The notes beneath the pieces are model-generated. The model did no database searches, was not told the origin of the DNA, and saw only the letters and a list, made by a program, of their open reading frames with translations. Both the position numbers and the translations under genes were made by a program. From an uncultured Planctomycetota bacterium (GTDB lineage: Bacteria > Planctomycetota > Planctomycetia > Isosphaerales > Isosphaeraceae), in the NCBI GenBank assembly GCA_963823665.1, contig CAWGMQ010000010.1, positions 2,208,001 through 2,272,000 of the forward strand: DNA of 64,000 nucleotides. Reading direction: 5' to 3'. How positions within the stretch are numbered: the stretch's first letter is position 1; each line of letters begins with the position of its first letter. Positions 50,999 through 60,181 of the stretch are shown here, piece by piece.

Positions 50999-51390
50999 GG
51001 AAGATCCCTTCGCCAAGTTGAGTTCAACAATGAAGAGGGATAGCTGACATACGGCAAGACTCATGAACGGGTGCGTCGCAAAGCGAGAACAGGATCAATT
51101 CCAGTGCGCGCACGTGCTTCGCGGCAGCGCACACGATCTCGATATCGCGCGGTCGCACTCACTCCGCAGCCGTCTCAAATCAGGCATCGATCTCTTTGAA
51201 ACGCCAATCCTCGGCCCGGCGCGATGAGAGCCCTTCACTGCCGCTATCCGACTTAGCATCCAGACAAGTGTAAAACAGGAACGCGCATGATCAGAATTGT
51301 TTGGGAATCTCCCGAACATGCTTGTAAGATGCAAAGTTATGTCGAGAAAAAATCTCGCTGGAAACGGAGCACAGGACGGCGGGAGGCGAT

Positions 51391-52005
51391 ATGTCTTCGC
51401 TGATTGGCGACACCACGCGGCTACGAGGGTGGGCCGATCGTCTGCGAAACCGAGACGACTCGGCCCTGAATGAATTACTGATACACTTTGAGCAACAATT
51501 GACTCGGTTGACGCGCCGCATGCTAAAAGATTTCCCGGACGTTCGCTGTGTGGAACAAACCGGTGACGTGCTGCAGAAGGCGACGGTGAGACTCCTGATT
51601 GCCATCCGGAAGGTCTCGGTGCCGGAGAATCCGCGCCACTTCTTGCGTTTAGCGGCGTTGCAAATTCGACGAGAGCTGATCGAGCTTGCAAAGTATTATG
51701 GGAATCGGGCGGATGTCGGCTTGGGCTCGGCCGCTGGTTCGTGGTCCGGAAGCGGTGCCAGCCAGGTTAAGTTTGACGACACCGACGGCCCCAGCCAACT
51801 CGCGGAGTGGACCGAGTTTCACGAGAAGGTCAAACTACTTCCCGACGAGGAGCGTGAGGTCTTCGAGCTTGTCTACTACGGAGGATTTTCGCAGTCGGTT
51901 ACGGCCGAGATCATAGGCGTTCACCCGCGTACCGTCCGGAAGCGCTGGCACGGCGCCCAGCTCGATCTTTTTGAAGCTCTCGATGGTCACCTGCCGGGAT
52001 CTTGA
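51391..52005 (+). CDS. ECF RNA polymerase sigma factor (planctomycete kinase-associated type)
   Basis: GGGAGG RBS; region 2 (ALNELL..LTRLTRRML..QTGDVLQ..FLRLAALQIRRELIELA) and region 4 (LPDEEREVFELVYYGGFS..AEIIGVHPRTVRKRW). Confidence 0.92.
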   Translation: MSSLIGDTTRLRGWADRLRNRDDSALNELLIHFEQQLTRLTRRMLKDFPDVRCVEQTGDVLQKATVRLLIAIRKVSVPENPRHFLRLAALQIRRELIELAKYYGNRADVGLGSAAGSWSGSGASQVKFDDTDGPSQLAEWTEFHEKVKLLPDEEREVFELVYYGGFSQSVTAEIIGVHPRTVRKRWHGAQLDLFEALDGHLPGS

Positions 52006-52022
52006 ATCGGGAGGTCGATTCG

Positions 52023-55000
52023 ATGGGTCACGACACAACCGAGTGCGAGTTGCAGGAACTGCTCTTACAGTGGGATGAGCTGCACGAGCGCGGAATCGCA
52101 GTTACCGCCGAAGAACTGTGCGAACGCCGACCTGAGCTTGCCGATCAGCTTACCACGAGAATCCGCATCCTGAAGGAGATGGGATTTCTCATGGACGGGG
52201 ATCAATCCCACGTTTCCGATCAAGAATCGGGCGCAGCACATGGCTCTGCCAGCTCGACGTTGCGGTTCATAGACCTCCGGTTTCACGCCCGCGGAGGCCT
52301 CGGCGAGGTTTATCGAGCTCACAACGTCGACTTCGGGCGTGCCGTCGCGCTCAAGTTCCTATCGAAAAAGCATGGCGAAGCGCAGCGCAACCGCCGTCGG
52401 TTCATGTGGGAGGCCGCAATCACCGCGCGACTGGAACATCCTGGTATTGTCCCGATCTATGCGCTGGGAACCGACGAGGAGGGAAACCTTTGCTACGCCA
52501 TGCGATTCATCGAAGGACGCACATTGAAAGAGGTCGTCGACGAGTTGTGCGAACAAGCTGGCATCCGATCCAATACACGGGGATGGGTCCGGAATCAGCG
52601 GGCGCTCTTGAATCGGTTCAAATCTGCCTGCAGCACGGTCGCGTTCGCCCACAGCCGGCAGATCCTCCATTGCGACTTGAAGCCTGGAAACATCATGCTC
52701 GGAGACTTTGATGAAACCCTGGTCGTCGACTGGGGTTCGGCGCGGACGATGAAAGGAGATTCGCCGCCGGAGCCCCTGGTTGCAGGTAACGGCACTTTTC
52801 GTTCGGATCAAGCACTATCGGAGACGGGGGCAGGGTCAGGGACCCTCGGGTTCATGAGCCCTGAGTATCAGAGTGGCCGTTGGCAGGAGGTCGGGCCGAC
52901 GAGCGATGTCTACAGCCTCGGTGCGACATTCTATTATCTGTTGACGGGACACGCTCCGTTCGAGGGAGGGAGCTGGACCGAGGTGCAGCAGCGGATGGAT
53001 CAAGGGCTGTTCGCGCCGCCACGGCAAGTGAATCCTTCGATCCCTAAGTCGCTCGACGCGGTCTGCCTCAAGGCGCTTGCGCCGAAGCCAGGCGACCGAT
53101 ACACTTCCCCCGCGCACCTGGCCGAAGACATCGAGCGCTCATTGGCCGATGAGCCGGTTTCCGCGTGGCGCGAGCCGTGGTGGACTCGGGCGCGTCGCCT
53201 GCTGGACAGACATCGCACGAAGGCTGCTGTTACGTTCACAGCGATATTAGTCGGGCTCGCGGCCCTCTCTGTGATTGCCATTCTCGAAGGCCAGTCCAAC
53301 CATCGCCTCGCGGCGAAGAATGAAGCGTTCCGGATCGCTAACATGCGAGCCGAAAGGCGGGTCAATCTCGCAACCGAAGCCATCGAGAGCTTCAGCAAGG
53401 TGGTTCTCGGAAAACCCTGAGCTGACCGATCAGCCTGCGATGAGATCTCTGCGCAAACGACTTCTAAAGGTTCCGCTCGATTACTACCGGCAGCTCAAGG
53501 CGGACGTCGACGAAACGGAAGCAGCGAGTCCGGAGAGTCGGGCTGGGCTTGCGAAAGCAATCGCTGGCCTCGCCTGGATCACTGCAAGCCTGGACTCGCA
53601 GGCCAACGCTATCAAGTCGTACCAGCAGGCGGTTGATTTATTGGATCCGCTGGTGCGCAATGACCCCGAACGACAGGTACTCCTCGGGAGGGTGCTTGAC
53701 GAGCTCGGCATGCTCCAACGCGCTGCGGGTTCAGTTGACGCCGCGCGGGCCAGCCTGAGCCGGGCCCGAGAGATCCAGGAGCGGCTGACGCGAGATCACC
53801 CGACCTCTGCTGCCTACCAATTTGATCTGGCCCGGACGCTCGATCGCCTCGGGTTGCTGCTCTTTACCAACGAGCCGAACGAGTCGCTCGACTGCTTCAA
53901 GCAAGCCCTCGGAATCCAGCGACGTCTCATCGGCAGCGATGCTCACTCTGCCACTGCCGGTGCCAGAGCCGACATGGCCCTTACCCATAATCACATCGGC
54001 ATGCTCAAGCGCGCGACCGGTCATCAGGACGAAGCCGGGGATAGCTTCAAGCAGGCGATTGAAATACTCCAGGCCGTGGCGAGGGAAAACCCCGGCGAAC
54101 CGATGTACCGGATGAACCTGGCCGCCTCGCATTACAACCTTGGGAGGCAGGGCATGGATCTGGCCTGCTTCGAACGTGCACGAGAAATTCAGGACGCGCT
54201 GAGTGCGCGAACATCCTGCGGTCGTGTCCTACAGAGCGTCTTTGGTACTGACGTGTGGGAACCTCGGTAACGTCCAGCGAAACGCGGGCCGACTCGGTGA
54301 AGCGCAGGCGAGCTTTGATCGGGTATACAAAATCCAGAAGGAACTCGTCGCTGAAAATCCAGATGTGCTCAGATTCCGGCGTGATTTGGCCTTTACAGAG
54401 ATCAATATTGGTGCGCTCAAGGGCGATTTCCGTCGTCCGGCTGAGGCCCTGAATTGTTACAAGAGAGCCCGCGCTATTCTTGAGGATCTCATTCGCCTGC
54501 ATGCGGACGACGTGGTTGGACGACAAGCTCTGGTCGCCGCTTGTGTCGGTCACGGCGACTCGCTCACGCAGCTTAAGAGAGACCAAGAGGCCCTGGACGC
54601 TTTCCGAGAGGCCAGGGCTCAAGCGCGAACTTTGCTCATCGGGCCGCCCCGTCTTGTCACCGAGCGAGCGTTGCTTGTTTCTTCGTTTCATAAACTTGCG
54701 AGAGCGCATCGAGAGCAGAGGCAACAGGAGAAGTCGGCTTCCATCATCGAAGAGCTGCGCACATTCTGCAAAGGCAACCCTGGCGAGTTGTACGAGATCG
54801 CCCGGGAGCTGGCGAGGTGCGCGACACTCGTCGATGCTGGTGACGTCGCCAACGCAGTCAGGCAGGCAACGCGCCGAAACTACGAGGACCAGTCGGTGGA
54901 TGCGTTGCGGCAAGCGATCCAGAGCGGCTTCGATGAGGCCAAAACAATCAGGACGGATCCTGATCTCGCCTCGCTGCGAGCACGATCGGATTTTAGAGCA

Positions 55001-55045
55001 CTGGTAATGGATCTATCGTTTCCCCGCGATCCGTTCGCGCGATGA
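52023..55045 (+). CDS. Hanks-type Ser/Thr protein kinase with TM helix and TPR repeats (about 1000 aa; frameshifts at about 53410 and 54202)
   Basis: ARGGLGEVY, VALKFL, EAAITARLEHPGIVPIY, HCDLKPGN, VVDWG, SDVYSLG; TM AAVTFTAILVGLAALSVIAIL; TPRs in ORFs 53275..54270 and 54203..55045; C-terminal DLSFPRDPFAR. Joins read VVL/ENPEL and DAL/VREHP. Confidence 0.88.
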
Positions 55046-55089
55046 CTGGATCGGACAGGAATTTCGTCGCACGACGGATCAATTTGATT

Positions 55090-55739
55090 CGACGCTCTTC
55101 GGCGACGACCTCCGTGAGTCGGTCGTGCAAGGCTTGGCCCGCTCTGGCCGGCTCAAGGATTTCCGCTACCTGCAATTTGCAACGCATGGCCGGGACGACC
55201 CCCGATCCGGTTACCGCGCGTCGTTGAACCTTGCCCCCGACCCCGAGCACTCTGACAACGCCGCCGCGTTCGACTCCGACGGCTAAAGCACCGCCGAGGA
55301 GATTGCCCGCACATGGGAACTCGACGCCGAGCTGGTAGTGCTCTCGGCCTGCGAGAGCGCCCTGGGCAAGCAGGCTGGTGGCGAGGGATTCCACGGCTTC
55401 GCCCCGCCACTCCTGGCCAAGGGGGCGCGGAGCTTGGTCCCGAGCCGATGGAAGGTGGACGACCGGGCCACGGCCTTGCTGATGGCAAGGTTCTATCAGA
55501 ATTCGTTGGGCAAGCGCGAGGACTTGTCGAAGCCGACGCCCAAGGCCGAGGCACTCGATGAGGCAAAGCGGAAGTTGCAGGAGCTGTCGGCGGATGAGGT
55601 ACAGGGCGAACTGGCCGGGCTGGACCGCGGCACTGAGCGCCGCAAAGACCCGGCCACGCCGCGCACGCCTGACTCACCCCGGCCCTTCGAGCACCCCTGC
55701 TACTGTGCCGCATTTATTCTCATTGGCAACGCCAACTGA
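55090..55739 (+). pseudogene. CHAT (caspase-like) protease domain remnant
   Basis: Single frame LFGDDLRESVVQGLARSGRLKDFRYLQFATHG..DG*STAEEIARTWELDAELVVLSACESALG..RWKVDDRATALLM..FEHPCYCAAFILIG, with internal TAA at 55284-55286, no start or N-terminus, and eroded consensus residues. Confidence 0.85.
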
Positions 55740-56237
55740 GCGTCGAGCAGCACCGGATTACGCGCGTTCTCGATGGTATTACGGTGCGGATCGTCATCCT
55801 GATCTGTGAGAACAGACCTCCTCGACCTGTTGGGACGTGAGATGATCGCCAAGGGCGCGGGCGGCATCGTAGGTCGGCACCGAGTCTCTGTCGGCATGGA
55901 GCCAGCAGCATGGACTGCCCCCACCGGCACTCGGCGATCCGCACATCCGGCCTGTGGGCTACTCACTCCTGGATAACCCCCAGCGGATCATCGACACGGG
56001 TATACCCGGCTTTCATAAAGCCGAATTGCGCGATTCGATACCGGGGCCTGGGCCATGCGGGCGCGCTGGTGCTTGGCCGATTTTCGTATGCTCGGATGCC
56101 GCGGATCGACTCCCCGGCCCGTGAATGACTTAGCCTGCCGATCCAGGAGGCGCAAAGTAGAGTCCCGTTTGACGCTTGCTGTCGGCCGAGATATCCTGAA
56201 CCTTTTAGAAGGCAAACTTCCAGATCCCGCGAGAGCA

Positions 56238-56534
56238 ATGAGCGCAATTACCGTCCAACTTGCTCCGGATACCGAGGCGAAGCTACGCCAGCAAGCGGAG
56301 CAAGCCGGCCAAACGCTTGAGGTTTATCTTCAACAGCTCGCGGAACGCGCGGTCGGGAACGGGATGCCCGCGGTGACCGGTGCGGAGTCCAAGCAAGAGC
56401 CGAGGTACACATCCGACCCGAATCCCACAGCGTCTGAAGTTGAGCGGCTCCTCCGTGAGCTTGCGGCGGGTTCGCCGTTGCCGGTCCTTCCGGCTGACTT
56501 CTCGCGAGCCGATATTTACGATGACCACGACTGA
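56238..56534 (+). CDS. Putative antitoxin (ribbon-helix-helix-like N-terminus)
   Basis: MSAITVQLAPDTEAKLRQQAEQAGQTLEVYL..DFSRADIYDDHD. Its stop overlaps the PIN gene start (TGATG). Confidence 0.8.
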   Translation: MSAITVQLAPDTEAKLRQQAEQAGQTLEVYLQQLAERAVGNGMPAVTGAESKQEPRYTSDPNPTASEVERLLRELAAGSPLPVLPADFSRADIYDDHD

Positions 56535-56995
56535 TGGACGTGCTCGCTGACTCCAGTATTCTCCTCCGTCTGCTAGAAGCTGGCGACCCGCTTCATCCAT
56601 CGATCTGCCAAGCGGTGAGCGTGCTCCAGGGTCGGGGCGAGCGAATCGTCATTGCTCCGCAAAATGCCGCTGAGTTTTGGAATGTTTGCACGCGTCCGGT
56701 GACGGCCAGAGGGGGCTATGGCCTGAGCGTCGAAGAAACGAACGCACGGCTCGTGATCATCGAATCGCTGTTCGCCGTGTTGTCCGAGCCTGCGACTACT
56801 TACGGCATTTGGCGATCGCTCGTGGTGACTCACGGTGTTCAAGGGAAACAAGTGTACGACGCCCGACTCGCTGCACTGATGCAGGCTCACGCAATTAGCC
56901 ATATCTTGACTCTCAATGGGCTGGATTTTGCTCGCTATCCAGGAATTATCCCGATAGACCCGTCAAGCGTGGAAGCACTTCCGCGTGGCACGTAG
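56534..56995 (+). CDS. vapC: PIN-domain toxin (VapC family)
   Basis: VLADSSILLR, PQNAAEFWNVCTRP..GGYGLS, GKQVYDARLAALM, ILTLNGLDFARY: the PIN acidic residues are present. Confidence 0.88.
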   Translation: MDVLADSSILLRLLEAGDPLHPSICQAVSVLQGRGERIVIAPQNAAEFWNVCTRPVTARGGYGLSVEETNARLVIIESLFAVLSEPATTYGIWRSLVVTHGVQGKQVYDARLAALMQAHAISHILTLNGLDFARYPGIIPIDPSSVEALPRGT

Positions 56996-57973
56996 TTTCA
57001 TCATCACGTCGTTGAGCGGTCCCCATCCACCTTCCAGGCGATTCTCCAGTGCACCAATTCTCCGGTCCAAGGCGACCTCGACCGGCGCGATGAAGTAGTC
57101 GTCGAGCCTCAGTTCGCGCTGAATCTCTTCTCTCAATTCTGATTCGAGCCGCTTCCGAAAATCGGTGCTCATGGAGCCAAGGGCCGAGGAACGCAATTGC
57201 GCGCCGGCCCCTGATTGTGGCAATCGAACTGCGGCCTCAATGGTTGGAATCGCCGATTCGAGCTCGGCCAGCTCGACCTCGACGCTCACGACCTTGTCGA
57301 TGAGCGCGGCGGCCTCACCTTCGGCACCGCTTGAGGCAGCCCTCGGCGTGAGCCTATCCAGACCCGCGCGTGCCTCCTCATTGACAGTCCGATGATGATC
57401 GACGCGAGCTTTGATCCTACTGATCGCGCTATGTAATTCGGTAAAATCGTGGTGACAATCCACAAACGATCGCGTCACCGAATTGACAATCGCAGTAGCC
57501 TCCCTCGGATCGGTCGATTCGAAGGATACAAAGGCACAGTCGCTGTCCGGCGAAATCTCGAATTTCAGCCTTCGGCGAATCTCGCCGACCGGATCGTGGG
57601 ACTCGTTGATCAGTGGAAATTCAGAAAGCTTGATCACCGAATCGTTGAGCACACCGTGAATCACGCGATCTTCCATGATCAAAAACCGCTGGGCTCGGGC
57701 AAATGCCTCGAATTCCGCACGCTCCCCGGCTCTGATCCTCGCATAGTCCTGTGGCGAGAGAGTGTGGTCGTAGAGTATACAACCGATCCCGTTTCGAGCC
57801 CGGAGCGTACTGACGGCCTCATAGGTTGGCCGGACCGCGACGAATAGACCGGACGTCGCCGCCAGGACAGTTACCCCGAGGCGAACACGAAGTCGCCTCA
57901 GAGGAATCACGCGCGCCTTGATACGGCGCCGCCAAGCACCTTCTCCTTCGCTGTTTCCCGCAAAGAGTTGCAT
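56963..57973 (-). CDS. Hypothetical membrane-anchored protein, Wzz/Wzc(GumC) N-terminal-like with coiled coil
   Basis: TM segment, then RPTYEAVSTLR, VSFESTDPREATAIVNSV and a coiled-coil region. No kinase domain. Confidence 0.55.
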   Translation of the reverse strand: MQLFAGNSEGEGAWRRRIKARVIPLRRLRVRLGVTVLAATSGLFVAVRPTYEAVSTLRARNGIGCILYDHTLSPQDYARIRAGERAEFEAFARAQRFLIMEDRVIHGVLNDSVIKLSEFPLINESHDPVGEIRRRLKFEISPDSDCAFVSFESTDPREATAIVNSVTRSFVDCHHDFTELHSAISRIKARVDHHRTVNEEARAGLDRLTPRAASSGAEGEAAALIDKVVSVEVELAELESAIPTIEAAVRLPQSGAGAQLRSSALGSMSTDFRKRLESELREEIQRELRLDDYFIAPVEVALDRRIGALENRLEGGWGPLNDVMMKLRATRKCFHA

Positions 57974-58007
57974 CGAATCGGCCCGCCGCGTTCACGCTCC
58001 GTTGCCG

Positions 58008-60039
58008 TCACTTGACCTTTTCCTTCGGAAGCTCAAGCCCGCTATTATGATACCCGCCCACCTGCCGCCGGTTGCTCGGGTCGTGCCGCCACTTCTTGCC
58101 TTCAACAACAAATTTATATTCATGGCTGCCTGCCGCCAGCGTCTGCTTCCGCTCAAACGTCCCCGACGCATCGGGCCCATCCATCTTCAAATCGTCGGGC
58201 TTCCACCCGTTGAATTCCCCGGCCAAATAAACCGCCTTCGTGCCCGCGGGCGCCTTGTACCGAAACGTCACTTCATACTTCCCATTGTCAAGCTTCCGCT
58301 TCGTTGGCCCTCCGAGGCCCAGGTCCTGGTCCGCCAGCGCAACCTCGACATACCCCACGAGCATCTCGTCCTTCGTTTGCTCGCCCCAGCGCACCTCGTG
58401 GCTCGGATCGGGATTCGACGGGTTTCCGGAGGAATTGTCATACCGCGCGATGCAGCGCAGCACCGTTCCCTCGGGCATCAGCTTGGGCTGTTCGAGCACG
58501 TAGACATTCTGCCATTCGAATTCGTACCGCGGCACGTCGAGCAGCACCTCGCGCTTGCGGTCGGGATACACCGCCTCGAACCGAAATGCCTTCCCGCGCA
58601 GGTGCATGTGCGGCAACAGTGAATAAACCAGCGTATCTTGATCGAAACGGTGGTACGCCTCGGCTCCGAAATCGGCATTGCCTGCAGGAATCTTCAAATC
58701 CATGTTGATGGCCGCAATCGCAGTCATCTCCTTGCGCACAGTCTTGGGATCGGCAAAAACCAGCCCGATCTCACTGCGGTCGGTCGTCGGCATGCCGCGC
58801 GGTGTGTAGTGCACCTGAAACATCAGCTTCGACCCGGCCGGAATCAGCTTGGCAGCTCCTTCGGGCAGTATTCGCGGCGGCATTCCGGGCGCATACGCCG
58901 CCAGGAAGTCAATGTTGTTCCGCGACTCGCGCTCGCCCGGTGGAACCACGAACACCACGAGATGATGCACCACCGAAGGATTCCCCGGCCGAACCTGCGA
59001 GGCACGCACCCAGACGTCTTCCTTGAGCTTGGGATCGACCACGAAGTTCTCGTACGGCATCGTCCCCTCGGCCTGGATCTTCACCGTCCTGGGCAGCGAG
59101 ATTCGCAAGTCCGGCGCTGGAATCCGCCAGCCTTTCACATACTTCGCTGGCTCGGGCAGGTCCTTGGCGTCGCCTTCGGGTGCTCCGGAAGAAACCCAGG
59201 CGGCGATCGTTTCCTTCTCCTGGGTGCTTAACTGCGCATTGTTTGAAAACTTGCCGAAGGCCGGGTTGGCGTGCCAGGGAGGCATCCGGCCGCCTTGCAC
59301 GACCTCGTCGATCATGCTCGCCCAGCCCGCGGCCTGCTTGTACGAGTCGAGCGCGAACGGGGCGATCTCGCCTTCTCGGTGACAAGCAACGCACCGATCG
59401 CGCAGGATCCTGGCAATCTCCCGCGAATACGTGACCTTCGCATCGGCCGACGCCTTGGCGACGCGTCCGATCCGGCAGCCCGCCGGCTCGGTGCGAGTCG
59501 TCGCGACAGCACGCCCGGCCAGCAGGTTTTCGAGTGCATCGCTCAGGTCGCGCGCGCGTCGGCGCCGCGCGGTGAATTCCCAGTCCGAACTGGTCGTCGA
59601 CCCGCCCGCGATAGCGCACCATCCGGTCCGAATCGAGCACGAACACCTCGGGCGTGCGCTCGACACTCAGCTTGTCGGCCAGCTCGTTGCCGACGTCCTT
59701 CAGGAGCGGAAACGGCAGGTCGCACTCCTTCGCAAACTGGGCCAGCCGCGATGGCGCATCCTGCTCGTTGGAATCGATGCCGAAGAACGCAACTCCTTTC
59801 TTCTCGTAGCCGCGCGCCAGCTCCGCCAGCCGCGGGGCGTAAATGTTGGCGAGCGGGCATTCCGTTCCCAGAAACGCGAGCACCACCAGCTTGCTCTCCT
59901 TCACCTGCTCGAGATCATGCCAGGCACCGCGAAAATCCTGCAGCTTGAATTGGACCGCCCGGCGCTCGAGCACCTCGTCCCCCGGGACCAGACCCAGGAG
60001 CACCACAATCACCATCGACAGCGGTCCGCGAACGAACAT
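58008..60039 (-). CDS. Redoxin + cytochrome c + copper type II monooxygenase-like + glycogen-binding (CBM48/AMPK-like) fusion protein (frameshift at about 59555)
   Basis: From ATG 60039: FLGTECPLAN..ERTPEVFVLD..YRGRVDDQF (redoxin); CVACH..MPPW; VHH, QVHY, PHMHLRGK, EQTKDEM; VYLAGEFNGW..YKFVVEG.KW.HDP. Confidence 0.85.
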
Positions 60040-60181
60040 GATCAAGCCTCGCGTCAAGGACGATTTTCGGAACGCGCCCGTTCGGAATTCCGACGGCATC
60101 CCGATCCTACCACATTCGTCGTAGATTCCCAAGCGGCGAATCGGGCGCCGCGAATGGTACTCTTTCGGCAAGCCTTCATTC

